A DNA stretch of 55,536 nt from Gammaproteobacteria bacterium (GTDB lineage: Bacteria; Pseudomonadota; Gammaproteobacteria; Burkholderiales; SHXO01): contig JBGPPC010000002.1 of NCBI GenBank assembly GCA_041488355.1, positions 1-55,536 on the forward strand, read 5' to 3'. The notes under the pieces were generated by a model. It made no database searches and was not told the origin of the DNA. It worked only from the letters and a program-made list of their open reading frames with translations. Position 1 is the stretch's first letter, and each line of letters starts with the position of its first letter. Made by a program: the position numbers and the translations under genes. Positions 26,411 to 37,780 of this stretch are shown piece after piece.

Positions 26411-27532
26411 CTATTTGAGATCCTCCTGCAGGACCGAGAGGATGCGTGTGGCCGCATCTGACTTCTCGGGCGCGCCGTCCGCGCTCAGCACCTTGACCTC
26501 CGATCCGCTTTTCGTATCCGCCACGACGATACGGTACTCCGCGGCCTTACCCTTAGAGCTATCGCTTTCCCAGAACGCCAATCGCGACAACAGCGAAGGC
26601 TTCTTGGTGTCGGCGTCCGGGTTCAAATACCGCACGTAGTACAGGCCCCCGGCGCGGTCGCGATCTTGCACCGTGAAGCCGAGCCGATCCAGCGACAGCC
26701 CCACTCGGCGCCAAGCGCGCTCGAAGTCATCTTTCATCACCAGCACCGGCGTACCGCCTGCTCCCTTGCTCACCACGGCGCGCGGCTCTGGCGGTGCGCT
26801 GGGCTTTGCCTGCACTTGTGGGGCCTCGATCGCCTTCCCACCGGCCAACTTCATCTGCAGGCGCCGCAGCATCTCCGCTTCCAGTTCCGGATCCGCTGGA
26901 CGCGGCTGCCATATCGTACGGCCCGTCTGCCGGAAGTTGGCATCGTTGACATACATTTCGTACATGCCACGGTGGGTGATATAGACCTCGGTGATGCCCG
27001 CCTGCTCACCGCGCTCGAGCCGGGCGCGGAACTTATCCCGCTCGGGCGTCGAGTAGGCCTGATCGATCACCTTACCCAGAAGGTTCCGCAGGGCATCCTG
27101 CGGGATTTTGGCGCGGTTCTCCGCCCAGTCTGTCTCCATAACCCCGGTCTCGGCATTCTCGGAGACGATGATGAAGCCCATCTCCTGCCAGAACTCTCTG
27201 ACCGCGGGCCACACCTGCTCCGGTGGGGCTTCCACCACCAGCCAGCGCTGGCTGCCGGCGCGCTCGATGCGGACCTTGCCGGGCTGTGGCAGCAGGCCTT
27301 GCAGGGTAGCCGCTTTTGCCGGCTGACCCTGGTTGTAGTCGGAATAGGTCGCCGCATTGGCCTCCGGTACGGTGAACCGGTCGCTCGCGTTCGGTGCTGC
27401 GAGATCCGGGGGCACTTCCAGGGGGCGTGTCTGCTTGCTCTCCGACTTGTAATCGATCTTCTTGTTTTCGATGCCGCACGCGCACAGGAATATCGAAACG
27501 ACAAGGGCGAGTCGGGCTGAAGGCTGATTCAT
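26411..27532 (-). CDS. bamC: Outer membrane protein assembly factor BamC (NlpB)
   Basis: Lipobox FLCAC; 373 aa; the classical position immediately downstream of dapA. Confidence 0.85.
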   Translation of the reverse strand: MNQPSARLALVVSIFLCACGIENKKIDYKSESKQTRPLEVPPDLAAPNASDRFTVPEANAATYSDYNQGQPAKAATLQGLLPQPGKVRIERAGSQRWLVVEAPPEQVWPAVREFWQEMGFIIVSENAETGVMETDWAENRAKIPQDALRNLLGKVIDQAYSTPERDKFRARLERGEQAGITEVYITHRGMYEMYVNDANFRQTGRTIWQPRPADPELEAEMLRRLQMKLAGGKAIEAPQVQAKPSAPPEPRAVVSKGAGGTPVLVMKDDFERAWRRVGLSLDRLGFTVQDRDRAGGLYYVRYLNPDADTKKPSLLSRLAFWESDSSKGKAAEYRIVVADTKSGSEVKVLSADGAPEKSDAATRILSVLQEDLK

Positions 27533-27554
27533 TGTCAGTAGCGTTAGGTCCGCG

Positions 27555-28448
27555 CTACACCACCGGCATGCGCGCGGCGATGCCGGCCTGTTCCATAGCG
27601 CCGCGCAGCAGATCGTGCAAGGACGAGGACAGGGGCGTCAGCGGCAGTCGGATGCCCCCCGCGATCATTCCCATCTCCTCGAGCACCCACTTTACGGGAA
27701 TCGGGTTGGCCTCGACGAACAGGTGCCGATGCAAGCCCAGCAGTCTGTTGTTCAAGGAACGGGCCTTGACCAGATCCCCGGCCAAGGCCGCGCTGCACAT
27801 TTCGTGCATGAGACGGGGCGTGACGTTGGCGGTGACGGAGATGACGCCGTCGCCGCCCATCAGCATCAGCGCCAGCGCAGTTGCGTCGTCGCCGCTGTAG
27901 ATGGCAAAGCCCTTCGGTGCGCGGCGAATCAAGTCGGCTCCGCGCTCGAGGTTGCCAGTGGCCTCCTTGATCCCCGCGATGTTGGGCACCTGTGCCAGCC
28001 GCACTGCGGTGTCGTTGTGCATATCGCACACCGTACGGCTGGGCACGTTGTACATGATCATGGGAATATCGACCGCCTCGGCGATAGCCTTGAAGTGCCG
28101 ATACAACCCCTCCTGGGTCGGCTTGTTGTAGTAGGGCACTACCGACAAGCACAGGTCGGCCCCCGCCTTCTTGGCGAAGGCCTGCAACTCGATTGCTTCG
28201 CTCGTCGAGTTGGCGCCGGTACCGGCGATCACAGGCACTCGGCCAGCGACGTGCTCCACGGCAACTTTGATCAGCCGGCAGTGCTCCTCGAAGTCCACGG
28301 TGGGCGATTCGCCAGTGGTCCCGACCACGACGAACCCGTCGGTCCCCTCGGCGACGTGCCAGTCGAGAAGGCGGCGTAGGGCGTCGAGGTCGAGGCTGCC
28401 GTCCTCGAGCATCGGCGAAACGATTGCCACCAGGCTCCCCTTCATCAT
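27555..28448 (-). CDS. dapA: 4-hydroxy-tetrahydrodipicolinate synthase
   Basis: [13 protein letters not shown]...GTTGESPT...[13 protein letters not shown]; 297 aa. Confidence 0.95.
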   Translation of the reverse strand: MMKGSLVAIVSPMLEDGSLDLDALRRLLDWHVAEGTDGFVVVGTTGESPTVDFEEHCRLIKVAVEHVAGRVPVIAGTGANSTSEAIELQAFAKKAGADLCLSVVPYYNKPTQEGLYRHFKAIAEAVDIPMIMYNVPSRTVCDMHNDTAVRLAQVPNIAGIKEATGNLERGADLIRRAPKGFAIYSGDDATALALMLMGGDGVISVTANVTPRLMHEMCSAALAGDLVKARSLNNRLLGLHRHLFVEANPIPVKWVLEEMGMIAGGIRLPLTPLSSSLHDLLRGAMEQAGIAARMPVV

Positions 28449-28739
28449 GTCCCTCCCGCCATCTTAGTGGGTTGCCACAAGGCCTGACTGCGATACCGCC
28501 AATTAACCGATAAGTTTAACCCAATCGTCTTGGGCGCGTGCCCTGCGGCAACCTTGCGTTGGACGGGCGCCCCAATGGTTCGTTCCCGGGATCGCAAGGC
28601 GCCTGGCAACTCTTGTCGCTGGTTTGACACTGGTGGACGCGAATGCTACAACCACCCACGCACGAACAGTGGCCGCGGCGCGCGACGAAAGCGCTGTGTG
28701 GCCGGCGCCCCGGTGACCAAGCGTTTGGGGGAATTGCGG

Positions 28740-29270
28740 ATGAGAACGCCCGTTGCTTTAATCGCGGCTTGCAGCTTACTTGCCGGCTGCTCCAGCATAG
28801 GGGTGCGCTCGCCCACCGCGAGCGCGAACCAGGGCCCGACCAAGGGTAACCAAGCGGCGGGGACCGTGACCTTCGTCCAGCATGGGGAAAAGGTAGTGGT
28901 CGACGCGCGAGTGAGCGGTCTAACTCCAGGGTTGCACGGCTTTCACGTACACGAGAAAGGCGATTGCACCGCGGCGGACGCCGCCAGCGCGGGAGGGCAT
29001 TTCAACCCGCACAAGGAGCCCCATGCCGGGCCCGACACTGTGCATCGCCACGCGGGCGATCTCGGCAATCTCACGGCGGATGCCAACGGCGTGGCCGTCT
29101 ATCACGTTGAGGTCAGCGGCATCACGCTGGACACAGGCCCGGACAGCATCATCGGGCGCGCGGTCATCGTGCATGCAAACCCTGACGACCTGCGCACCCA
29201 GCCGGCCGGTAACGCCGGCCCCCGGCTGGCTTGCGGGCTGATCAGTAAGGGCAAGGATCGCTGGTTCTGA
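28740..29270 (+). CDS. sodC: Periplasmic Cu,Zn superoxide dismutase (lipoprotein)
   Basis: Start at MRTPVALIAACSLLAGCSS. Motifs GFHVHEKGDC, GGHFNP, HAGDLGNL and GNAGPRLACG. Confidence 0.92.
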   Translation: MRTPVALIAACSLLAGCSSIGVRSPTASANQGPTKGNQAAGTVTFVQHGEKVVVDARVSGLTPGLHGFHVHEKGDCTAADAASAGGHFNPHKEPHAGPDTVHRHAGDLGNLTADANGVAVYHVEVSGITLDTGPDSIIGRAVIVHANPDDLRTQPAGNAGPRLACGLISKGKDRWF

Positions 29271-29274
29271 GCGC

Positions 29275-30003
29275 TTGATACATTGGCTTGAGCACAGTGG
29301 CGACTTTCCTCCCGTCGAGCAGGCGCTAGCGCGTCCCAACGGCCTGCTCGCCGCCGGCGGTGATCTCTCCCCCGAGCGTCTGTTGCGCGCTTATCGGCTG
29401 GGTATCTTTCCGTGGTTCAGCGCCGGTGAGCCGATCCTGTGGTGGAGCCCTGATCCGCGCATGGTGCTGGTTCCGGGCGAACTGAAAATTGCGCGCTCAA
29501 TGGCCAAGACGCTGCGCAAGGCGAACTTCGAGATACGTGTCGACAGTGCGTTCGAGCAGGTGGTCCAGGCCTGCAGTGAGCCGCGCCCGCGGCAGACGGG
29601 CACCTGGATCACCGATGCGATGCAAGCGGCGTACACGCGGCTGCACCGACTGGGCGTGGCCCACAGCATCGAGACCTGGCGCGGCGACGAGCTCGTTGGC
29701 GGGCTGTATGGCGTCGCGCTTGGGCGTGCGTTTTTCGGCGAATCCATGTTCTCGCGCTCAACCGACGCATCCAAGATCGCATTGGTTCACTTGGCGCATC
29801 AGCTCCAGAACTGGGAGTTCGGACTGATTGACTGCCAGATGCACACGCCCCTGCTCGCGTCCTTTGGCGCTCGCGAGGTCGCGCGCGAGCAGTTCACGCG
29901 CCGCGTGGCAGAGTTGGTAAAATATCCAGATGTACCGGTGCCCTGGGTCCTGGACAGGTTCAATGATCCGCGCGCAGCTGCGGTTGCCGGCAAGCGTGGG
30001 TGA
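29275..30003 (+). CDS. aat: Leucyl/phenylalanyl-tRNA--protein transferase
   Basis: PNGLLAAGGDLSPERLLRAYRLGIFPWF parallels E. coli Aat. TTG start. Confidence 0.92.
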   Translation: MIHWLEHSGDFPPVEQALARPNGLLAAGGDLSPERLLRAYRLGIFPWFSAGEPILWWSPDPRMVLVPGELKIARSMAKTLRKANFEIRVDSAFEQVVQACSEPRPRQTGTWITDAMQAAYTRLHRLGVAHSIETWRGDELVGGLYGVALGRAFFGESMFSRSTDASKIALVHLAHQLQNWEFGLIDCQMHTPLLASFGAREVAREQFTRRVAELVKYPDVPVPWVLDRFNDPRAAAVAGKRG

Positions 30004-30072
30004 GGCGCTAACCGGCGCTGATGCGTGCGCGTGCGTGCACCCGCGCGCGCAACCCCGGAGCGCGCGCTCGCT

Positions 30073-30840
30073 ATGACCCAGCTCAACGACCTGCCGTTTT
30101 CGGTCCTGCAGTTCTATGCTACGGCGCCCTATCCGTGCAGCTACTTGCCGGACAAACTGGCGCGTTCGCAGGTGGCAACACCGAGTCATGCGATCGACAC
30201 GCAGGTCTACAGCCAGCTGGTGCGTGCCGGTTTCCGGCGCAGCGGCGCGTTCACTTACCGCCCGTATTGCGATAGCTGCCGCGCCTGTGTGCCGGTGCGC
30301 ATAGTCACCCCTGAATACCGCGCTACCCGCTCCCAGCGCCGCGCGCGCAAGCGCCACGCGGGGCTGGACGCACGCATGCTCGATCTCAAGTATCACCCCG
30401 AGCACTACGCCTTGTATCTGCGATATCAGTCCACGCGTCATTCCGGCGGCGGCATGGACCATGACAGCCGCGAGCAGTATCGTCATTTCCTCCTGCAGAG
30501 TAACGTGACCTCGAACCTCGTCGAATTCCGCGAAGAGGGTCGGCTAGTGATGGTGAGCATCGTCGACCGTCTGGAAGACGGCGTATCGTCGGTGTACACG
30601 TTCTTCGAACCCGAACTGCCCGGCGCCAGCCTCGGGACCTTCAACGTGCTGTGGCAAGTCGAGCTGTGCCGGCGCCTGCGGCTGCCCTATTTGTACCTCG
30701 GCTACTGGATCGGCCAGAGCCGCAAGATGGCCTACAAGATCAACTTCCAGCCGATGGAGGGGTTGATCAATGGGCAGTGGCAGCGACTCAGGCCGCATTC
30801 CTCGGCGCTATCTGCTCTTGACCAGTCAGCGCCCCGCTAA
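30073..30840 (+). CDS. bpt: Arginyl/leucyl-tRNA--protein transferase (bacterial ATE homologue)
   Basis: Start at MTQLNDLPF... YPCSYLP...GFRRSG...[15 protein letters not shown] are ATE_N motifs. Confidence 0.9.
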   Translation: MTQLNDLPFSVLQFYATAPYPCSYLPDKLARSQVATPSHAIDTQVYSQLVRAGFRRSGAFTYRPYCDSCRACVPVRIVTPEYRATRSQRRARKRHAGLDARMLDLKYHPEHYALYLRYQSTRHSGGGMDHDSREQYRHFLLQSNVTSNLVEFREEGRLVMVSIVDRLEDGVSSVYTFFEPELPGASLGTFNVLWQVELCRRLRLPYLYLGYWIGQSRKMAYKINFQPMEGLINGQWQRLRPHSSALSALDQSAPR

Positions 30841-30879
30841 GAGCGCCACCTTCGCGGCTGCCGGTAACCGCCCTCTGGC

Positions 30880-31659
30880 ATGAGCCTCGAACGGATCAGT
30901 GTTGAGGCTCGCGGACACGTCCTGCTGATCGGGCTCGATCGCACGGCGAAGCGCAACGCCTTCGACCTGCAGATGTATGCGGAGCTCGGCCAGGCGCTCG
31001 GAAATCTGCAGCGCGACGAACAACTACGTTGCGGCCTGCTGTTTGCGCACGGCGAACATTTCACCGGCGGTATCGAATTGCCTCAATGGCTGCCTTTTTT
31101 CCGGGATGGGCGCATGCCGCCGCTGCCGGAGGGCGCGCTGGACCCGCTGGCGCGCGACCCTGAGCGTACTCTCGCCAAGCCTCTGGTGATCGCGGTCCAC
31201 GGCTGGTGCTTGACCATCGGCATCGAGTTGCTGCTCGCTGGTGACATCCGAGTAGCTGCCGACGACACCCGCTTTGCGCAGATCGAAGTCAAACGCGGCA
31301 TTTTTCCGGTCGGCGGCGCAACCGTGCGCCTGCTGCAGGAGCTGGGCTGGGGCAACGCCATGCGCTGGCTGCTGACCGGCGACGAGTTCTCCGCGCACGA
31401 AGCGCATCGGATCGGGCTAGTCCAGGAGGTGGTACCGCCCGGCAGCCAACTGCAGCGCGCGTTCGCGATAGCGGACACGATCGCACGCCAATCGCCAGTG
31501 GGTGTCCAGGCTTCGCTCGCCTCCGCACGGCTGGCGCGACGTGAGGGAGAAGGCGCCGCCTTCAAGCGCATGCTCGGCGATCTGCAGCAGGTGATGGCGA
31601 CCGACGATGCCGTCGAAGGGTTGAGATCCTTCTTAGAGCGGCGCGAGCCGCGCTTCTGA
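30880..31659 (+). CDS. Enoyl-CoA hydratase/isomerase (crotonase) family protein
   Basis: LIGLDRTAKRNAFD and the crotonase fold pattern; 259 aa. Confidence 0.88.
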   Translation: MSLERISVEARGHVLLIGLDRTAKRNAFDLQMYAELGQALGNLQRDEQLRCGLLFAHGEHFTGGIELPQWLPFFRDGRMPPLPEGALDPLARDPERTLAKPLVIAVHGWCLTIGIELLLAGDIRVAADDTRFAQIEVKRGIFPVGGATVRLLQELGWGNAMRWLLTGDEFSAHEAHRIGLVQEVVPPGSQLQRAFAIADTIARQSPVGVQASLASARLARREGEGAAFKRMLGDLQQVMATDDAVEGLRSFLERREPRF

Positions 31660-31662
31660 GCC

Positions 31663-32682
31663 GTGCTGTACCCGCTGTTACGGCCGCTGCTGTTCCGGCT
31701 CGATCCGGAGCGGGCTCACCGCTGGACCCTGGGGGTGCTCGACGCGGCACATGGGCTCGGCCTCGGCCACCTGGTCGCGCCGAAGCCTCGTTGCGCTCCA
31801 ATCGAGACGATGGGCCTCGCTTTCCCTAACCCGGTCGGCCTGGCGGCCGGGCTGGACAAAGACGGCGAGCACGTAGATGCGCTGGCAGCGCTCGGCTTCG
31901 GCTTTATCGAAGTGGGCACGGTAACGCCGCGTCCACAGCCTGGCAATCCACGACCGCGACTGTTCCGCATTCCGCAGGCGCGCGCGCTGGTCAACCGCAT
32001 GGGATTCAACAATCTCGGTGTCGACCGGCTGGTGTACAACCTGAGGCGCATGCGCTACCGCGGCATCCTCGGGATCAACATCGGCAAAAACTTCGATACC
32101 CCGATCGAGCGCGCTGCCGCTGACTACGTCGCGTGCATGCGCAAGACTTATCCGCTGGCGAGCTATCTCGCCGTCAACATCTCCTCTCCGAACACCCCGA
32201 ACCTGCGGCGGTTGCAGGGCAGCGACGAGCTCGACCGTCTGCTGGCAACGCTCAAAGCCGAGCAGCAGACGCTGTTCCGCGCATCCGGCCGCTACGTGCC
32301 GCTGACACTAAAGATCGCGCCAGATATTTCCGAGGAGCAGATCGAGGGGGTCGCGCAGTCGCTGCTCAGCCACGGCATGGACGGCGTGATTGCCACGAAC
32401 ACGACGATCGCGCGCACCGGCGTGGAAGGGCTGCCGCACGGCGATGAAGTCGGGGGTCTGAGCGGTGGGCCGTTGCGTGAGCGCGCGACCGCAGTGGTAC
32501 GCCGGCTGCGTGCTACGCTGGGTGAGCGCATTCCTATCATCGGCGTCGGCGGCATCCTGCAAGGCGAGGATGCGGTCGAGAAAATCGCGGCGGGCGCGAG
32601 GTTGATCCAGCTCTACAGCGGACTCATATATGGTGGACCGCGCCTGATTGCAGAGTGCCTGCGCTCGCTCCGACTACACTGA
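31663..32682 (+). CDS. pyrD: Dihydroorotate dehydrogenase (quinone), class 2
   Basis: [16 protein letters not shown]-terminal membrane-association helix, GLDKDGE, and [20 protein letters not shown]. Confidence 0.95.
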   Translation: MLYPLLRPLLFRLDPERAHRWTLGVLDAAHGLGLGHLVAPKPRCAPIETMGLAFPNPVGLAAGLDKDGEHVDALAALGFGFIEVGTVTPRPQPGNPRPRLFRIPQARALVNRMGFNNLGVDRLVYNLRRMRYRGILGINIGKNFDTPIERAAADYVACMRKTYPLASYLAVNISSPNTPNLRRLQGSDELDRLLATLKAEQQTLFRASGRYVPLTLKIAPDISEEQIEGVAQSLLSHGMDGVIATNTTIARTGVEGLPHGDEVGGLSGGPLRERATAVVRRLRATLGERIPIIGVGGILQGEDAVEKIAAGARLIQLYSGLIYGGPRLIAECLRSLRLH

Positions 32683-32788
32683 CGCAAGCTACGCCGCCGC
32701 GCGCTTGCGCGGCTGCTATACTTGGCGCCGATTTTTTCGCCCACCACCCTGCGAAGCCGGGCATATCCATATTGCCAGCAGTTGTTTC

Positions 32789-35700
32789 ATGAACCGCACT
32801 GTCATGCCACAACCCGCGCTTGAGCTCGGTTTCGGGCTCGCGTTCGCAGACCTGTACCAGAGCGACGGACTGGTTCGCCTTGACCAGCAGTTCGTGGGGT
32901 GCCTGCGCGAGGTCGAGCCCGCGTTGGCCAACAGCCTCGTTGACGCGCGTGCCGATCCCAGTGCGCTGGGAGCCAAATCCGAGTCGGAGCTGCTGATTGC
33001 GCTGGCGCCTCACCTGGAAGACTTTCTCTCTGCGTTGTTCGGCATCGAAACAGCCGTCACCGATCTCGCTGCACGACACCACGAGCTGGCGCCGCTGTAT
33101 TCGTGCAAGCGAATGTTCGTCCAACGCCGGGCCATGAATCGGATCAAGCCGGAGGAAGCGGCCGCGATCGACGGTCCGGCAATTGAGGCCCGACTCGCTG
33201 CGCATATGGGTGGCAGCTTCACGGAGCTTGGCTTTGCTCGGCTGGTATCGCAATGGCATGCGGACGAGGCAGTCCATGCGCAGGACTTAGAGCTCGCGCT
33301 GCACTACGCGGCCTGGGCCGTGCACACGCCCGCGGGGCAGGCACGACACCGTCCTGGCGTGCTGTTCAAAGCACCCGTCAAGCTCGACTACTACCGGCTG
33401 GTGCCGGTCGTGGCCGATGACGGCACCGGGTTTCGCAGCTACCGGTTAGACCACCTGCGACGCCGCCGTGGCTTCGCGCTGACCGACCCTGGAACGGATC
33501 TCGTGGGAGCGCTCGACCAGACCAACTACTGCATCTGGTGCCACGAGCAGGACCGCGATTCCTGTTCGCACGGGCTGAGGGACAAGACGCCCACGGGTAG
33601 CGGCGCGGCGCCATTCAAGAGGACGGTATTTGGCGTGCAGCTGGCCGGCTGCCCGCTGGAGGAAAAGATCTCCGAGTTTCAGAAGATCAAGACCGAAGGG
33701 CTCGCACTGGGCGCACTGGCGATGATCTGCGTGGACAACCCGATGGTGGCGGCGACCGGGCACCGCATCTGCAACGATTGCATGAAGTCCTGCATCTACC
33801 AGAAGCAGGAACCGGTCAATATCCCGCAGGCCGAGACGCGCACACTGAAAGACGTGCTGGAGCTGCCATGGGGCTTCGAGATCTATTCCCTGCTGACGCG
33901 CTGGAACCCGCTCGATCTGCGCCGCCCCTACCCCAGGCCCGCTAGCGGCAGACGGGTACTCGTCGTCGGCACCGGCCCTGCTGGTTTTACGCTTGCCCAC
34001 CACTTGATGAACGACGGCCATCACGTGGCATGCATCGATGGGCTCAAGATAGAGCCGTTGCCAACCGACGTTTGCGGCGTGGGCGCGAGCGGTGAGCGCG
34101 CACCCTTCCATCCGATTCGCGATGTACGCACGCTGTACGAAGGGCTCGATGACCGAATCATGGCGGGATTCGGCGGTGTCGCCGAATACGGCATTACGGT
34201 GCGCTGGGACAAGAACTTTCTCAAGCTCATCCGGCTGCTGCTCGAGCGCCGGCGCGAATTCCAGTTGTTCGGTGGCGTGCGCTTCGGCGGTACGCTCACG
34301 CTCGACGACGCGTTTGAGGCAGGCTTCGATCACGTCGCGTTATGCGCGGGGGCGGGGCGCCCCACAGTGCTGGCGTTGCCCAACGGACTGGCGCGTGGCG
34401 TGCGCACCGCCTCGGACTTTCTCATGGCGCTACAGCTCACCGGTGCGGCCAAGGCCGACTCCGTGGCAAACCTGCAGATCCGACTCCCCGTGGTGGTGGT
34501 TGGCGGCGGGCTGACGGCAATCGACACGGCCACCGAATCGCTGGCCTACTATCCGGTGCAGGTAGAGAAATTCCTTCTGCGTTACGAGATCCTGGTGGCG
34601 GAGCGCGGTAAGGCCGCCGTACACGCGCTCTGGAACCCGGAGGAAAGCCGCATTGCCGAGGAATTCCTGGGGCACGCACGCGCTCTCCGCGCTGAGCGCG
34701 AAGCGGCTCGCGCGGAGGGTCGTGAGGCTCGCATTGTCGAGTTGCTCCAGTCCTGGGGTGGGGCGACAATCGCCTACCGCAAGCGGCTCATCGACAGTCC
34801 GTCCTACACGCTCAACCACGAGGAAGTGGAGAAGGCGCTGGAGGAGGGCATTCGTTTCGCCGAGGGCTTGACTCCGGTGGCGGTGGAGGTCGACGAGCTC
34901 GGACATGCCGCGGGCCTGCGCGTTAGCGTGCACCGTCCCGGCACGGACCAGTCGGCCGGTACGCCACCGGAAATGGTTTTGCCGGCCCGATCGATCCTCG
35001 TCGCCGCAGGGACTCAACCTAACACCGTGCTGGCCCGCGAGGATCCACACAACTTCCATCTCGACGGAAAATACTTCCAGGCCTGCGACGAGAACGGCGA
35101 GCCGGTTAAACCCGAGCACGCCGCTGCTAAACCGTTAGCGGTGCGCGTGCTGATGTCTAAACGCACCGACGGTCGCTTCGTCAGTTTCTTCGGCGATGTG
35201 CATCCGTCCTTCTTCGGCAACGTGGTCAAGGCGATGGGCGGGGCGAAGCAGGGTTACCCCGCCATCAGCCACGTTCTCGACAAAATCGCACCGGCCTCGA
35301 TACTGACGCAGGCTGAGTTCGAGGCACACCTGAACCGGGAGTTGCGCGCGAGCGTGCACGAGGTGATCCGTCTCACGCCTACGATCGTCGAGGTGGTGGT
35401 GCGAGCGCCCGCGGCTGCACGTCGTTTCCGGCCCGGGCAGTTCTATCGGCTGCAGAACTACGAACGCCACGCGCTGAGCGTCGACGGTACGCGTCTGGCC
35501 ATGGAAGGACTAGCTCTCACCGGCGCCTGGGTCGATCGCGAGAAAGGCCTGGTCTCGACCATCGTGTTGGAAATGGGCGGCTCTTCGGACTTGTGTGCGC
35601 TGCTGCAGCCGGGCGAGCCAGTGGTGCTGATGGGCCCTACCGGCACTCCGACCGAGATCCCCACCGGGGAGACCGTGATCCTGGTCGGCGGCGGGCTGGG

Positions 35701-36322
35701 CAACGCGGTGTTGTTCTCCATCGGTGCTGCGCTCCGGGCCGCCGGCTCCAAGGTGTTGTACTTCGCCGGCTACAAGAAGCTGATCGACCGCTACAAGATC
35801 GCAGAGATCGAGGCTGCCGCCGACGTGGTGGTGTGGTGCTGCGACGAGGCGCCGGGGTTCGCGCCAACGCGGCCCCGGGACCGTTCTTACGCGGGCAACA
35901 TCGTGCAAGCGATGCTGGCATACGCGGATGGACGCTTGGGCGCGCAGGCTATCGCCTTCAGCGCTGCCGACCGTATCATTGCCATTGGTTCAGACCGCAT
36001 GATGGCGGCGGTACGCGCCGCGCGCGATGGCGTGCTCGCTGCACACGTGAAGCCGCACCACTTCGCCATCGCCTCGATCAACTCACCGATGCAGTGCATG
36101 ATGAAAGAGATCTGCGCCCAGTGTCTGCAGCCACACGTCGACCCCAAGACGGGAGCGCGCAGCTACGTATTCTCTTGCTTCAACCAGGACCAACCGCTCG
36201 ACCATGTCGACTTCGCGGGGCTGGCCGCACGGCTGGCGCAGAACTCGGTGCAGGAAAAGCTCACCGCTCAGTGGATCGACCGCTGCCTGGTGCGCCTCCA
36301 GCGGCGCGCCGCAGCGGCCTGA
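32789..36322 (+). CDS. Fused multi-redox flavoprotein: N-terminal helical domain, Fe-S Cys clusters, GltD/NfnB-like FAD/NAD(P)H module and PyrK/NfnA-like FNR module with a 2Fe-2S motif
   Basis: Cys clusters [20 protein letters not shown] and [12 protein letters not shown]. Rossmann motifs [11 protein letters not shown] and [12 protein letters not shown]. The FNR-like part has [10 protein letters not shown] and [11 protein letters not shown]. The C-terminal Cys cluster (C-x5-C-x2-C-x16-C, in [11 protein letters not shown]...SC) resembles the PyrK 2Fe-2S site. Start taken at ATG 32789 (alternative 32804). Confidence 0.8.
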   Translation: MNRTVMPQPALELGFGLAFADLYQSDGLVRLDQQFVGCLREVEPALANSLVDARADPSALGAKSESELLIALAPHLEDFLSALFGIETAVTDLAARHHELAPLYSCKRMFVQRRAMNRIKPEEAAAIDGPAIEARLAAHMGGSFTELGFARLVSQWHADEAVHAQDLELALHYAAWAVHTPAGQARHRPGVLFKAPVKLDYYRLVPVVADDGTGFRSYRLDHLRRRRGFALTDPGTDLVGALDQTNYCIWCHEQDRDSCSHGLRDKTPTGSGAAPFKRTVFGVQLAGCPLEEKISEFQKIKTEGLALGALAMICVDNPMVAATGHRICNDCMKSCIYQKQEPVNIPQAETRTLKDVLELPWGFEIYSLLTRWNPLDLRRPYPRPASGRRVLVVGTGPAGFTLAHHLMNDGHHVACIDGLKIEPLPTDVCGVGASGERAPFHPIRDVRTLYEGLDDRIMAGFGGVAEYGITVRWDKNFLKLIRLLLERRREFQLFGGVRFGGTLTLDDAFEAGFDHVALCAGAGRPTVLALPNGLARGVRTASDFLMALQLTGAAKADSVANLQIRLPVVVVGGGLTAIDTATESLAYYPVQVEKFLLRYEILVAERGKAAVHALWNPEESRIAEEFLGHARALRAEREAARAEGREARIVELLQSWGGATIAYRKRLIDSPSYTLNHEEVEKALEEGIRFAEGLTPVAVEVDELGHAAGLRVSVHRPGTDQSAGTPPEMVLPARSILVAAGTQPNTVLAREDPHNFHLDGKYFQACDENGEPVKPEHAAAKPLAVRVLMSKRTDGRFVSFFGDVHPSFFGNVVKAMGGAKQGYPAISHVLDKIAPASILTQAEFEAHLNRELRASVHEVIRLTPTIVEVVVRAPAAARRFRPGQFYRLQNYERHALSVDGTRLAMEGLALTGAWVDREKGLVSTIVLEMGGSSDLCALLQPGEPVVLMGPTGTPTEIPTGETVILVGGGLGNAVLFSIGAALRAAGSKVLYFAGYKKLIDRYKIAEIEAAADVVVWCCDEAPGFAPTRPRDRSYAGNIVQAMLAYADGRLGAQAIAFSAADRIIAIGSDRMMAAVRAARDGVLAAHVKPHHFAIASINSPMQCMMKEICAQCLQPHVDPKTGARSYVFSCFNQDQPLDHVDFAGLAARLAQNSVQEKLTAQWIDRCLVRLQRRAAAA

Positions 36323-36351
36323 AGCGGGCGGCTTCGAACGTCGGGTTCTCC

Positions 36352-37032
36352 ATGACTGCGGACCTCATCGACCAGATCGACGCACTGCTGCCGCAGACGC
36401 AATGCACGAAGTGCGGCTATCTCGGGTGCCGTCCGTATGCTGAGGCCATCGCCAACGGAAGGGCGGAGATAGACCAGTGTCCTCCGGGCGGCGCGGCGGG
36501 AATCGCAAAGCTTGCGGCGCTTCTGGGCCCCGCGCCCAAACCCCTTAATCCAAGCTATGGAACGGAGCAGCCACGCGCGGCGGCGCTGATCGACGAGAAC
36601 TGGTGTATCGGCTGCACGCTCTGCATCCAAGCTTGTCCGGTAGATGCTATCGTCGGAGCCCCCAAACGGATGCATACGGTGCTCCTCGAGCATTGCACCG
36701 GATGCGAGCTGTGCTTGCCGCCCTGCCCAGTCGACTGCATCGAGATGGTACAGCTTGAGGAGCTGGTTCGTCGCGGTGCCTGCGTGCCCGATCTGGCGTC
36801 GGACCAACGCGCGGCGCAGGCGCGCGGGCGCTATCAGTTCCATCGAGTGCGGGCGCTACGCGAGCGCGAACAACGCGAAGCACGACTGGCCGCAAAGTCC
36901 AATGGCAGGCCCGGAAAGGCCGGCCAGAAGCCACCGCCCCTGGCCGATTCCGAGCGCAAGAGCGCGGCAGTGCGTGCCGCCGTGGAACGCGCCCGCGCCC
37001 GCCGGGCGGCAGCTAAAGCGGGAAGCGAATAA
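36352..37032 (+). CDS. RnfB/RsxB-like ferredoxin (stand-alone) with a basic C-terminal tail
   Basis: [33 protein letters not shown] and two 4Fe-4S motifs, [12 protein letters not shown] and [12 protein letters not shown]. The track ORF start at 35593 is an overlap artefact. Confidence 0.85.
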   Translation: MTADLIDQIDALLPQTQCTKCGYLGCRPYAEAIANGRAEIDQCPPGGAAGIAKLAALLGPAPKPLNPSYGTEQPRAAALIDENWCIGCTLCIQACPVDAIVGAPKRMHTVLLEHCTGCELCLPPCPVDCIEMVQLEELVRRGACVPDLASDQRAAQARGRYQFHRVRALREREQREARLAAKSNGRPGKAGQKPPPLADSERKSAAVRAAVERARARRAAAKAGSE

Positions 37033-37096
37033 ACCGGCCTCTCTGGAATGATGCGAGACGCGACACGGTGCACCACGCGGGCTTGAGAAGCAGGGC

Positions 37097-37735
37097 ATGA
37101 ACGCCGTCAAGCGCGAAGAGATCTTTCGCCGGCTGCGGAGCTTGAACCCCGAGCCTGCGACCGAGCTGCACTATCGTAACGCCTTCGAGCTCCTGGTCGC
37201 TGTGGTGCTCTCGGCACAAGCCACGGACAAGAGCGTAAATCTCGCCACGCCGCGGCTATTTGCGGCGGCGAGCTCGCCCGCCGCGATGCTTGCGCTCGGG
37301 CAGGATGGCCTCGAGGCTTACATCAGGACCATCGGGTTGTACCGCACTAAAGCGAAGAACCTGCTCGCGGCCTGCGGGATTCTGCTCGAGCGGCACAGCG
37401 GCGAGGTGCCACGCGAGCGCGAGGCGCTCGAGCGGCTTCCGGGGGTCGGGCGCAAGACCGCCAACGTCATTCTCAACACCGCCTTTGGCGAACCCACCAT
37501 CGCGGTCGATACCCATATTTTCCGGGTCGCAAACCGTACCGGCCTGGCGCCTGGCAAGAACGTCGTCGAGGTGGAGAAAAAACTGCTGAAGCTGGTGCCG
37601 GAAGCGTACCGCAAGAACGCGCATCACTGGCTCATCCTGCACGGCCGTTACGTGTGTAAAGCGCGCACGCCCGAGTGCCCCACCTGCCCCATCCGGGACT
37701 TGTGCGAATACCGGCACAAGACCCGTGATTCGTGA
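37097..37735 (+). CDS. nth: Endonuclease III
   Basis: HhH-GPD motif LPGVGRKTANV and the C-terminal Fe-S cluster C-x6-C-x2-C-x5-C. The RnfB-like gene followed by nth is classical synteny. Confidence 0.95.
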   Translation: MNAVKREEIFRRLRSLNPEPATELHYRNAFELLVAVVLSAQATDKSVNLATPRLFAAASSPAAMLALGQDGLEAYIRTIGLYRTKAKNLLAACGILLERHSGEVPREREALERLPGVGRKTANVILNTAFGEPTIAVDTHIFRVANRTGLAPGKNVVEVEKKLLKLVPEAYRKNAHHWLILHGRYVCKARTPECPTCPIRDLCEYRHKTRDS

Positions 37736-37780
37736 CAAGAAGAGCCGTGATTCGTGATTCGTGATTCGTGATTCGAAACG
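37724..37780 (+). repeat. CGTGATT heptamer repeat block (1.9 copies, a 9-nt spacer, then 4 perfect tandem copies and CGAAACG)
   Basis: CGTGATTCGTGAC at 37724-37736 contains the nth stop codon. CGTGATT occurs 4 times at 37746-37773. Confidence 0.85.

Noticed and set aside
26666-27520. 284-aa plus-strand ORF
   Set aside because: It is antisense to bamC. It has no motifs and a biased composition.
28530-28739. N-terminal 70-aa extension of the sodC ORF
   Set aside because: The lipoprotein signal peptide MRTPVALIAACSLLAGC begins at 28740. The upstream part is Arg-rich and lies in the divergent dapA/sodC promoter region.
33446-35119. Long minus-strand ORFs (295 aa and 229 aa) inside the large flavoprotein gene
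   Set aside because: They are antisense to a frame carrying multiple Rossmann and Fe-S motifs, and have no motifs of their own.
35593-36351. Upstream 253 codons of the ORF that contains the RnfB-like gene
   Set aside because: This part is out of frame with, and overlaps, the 3' part of the flavoprotein gene, and is Arg/Gly/Pro junk. The ferredoxin homology starts at ATG 36352.
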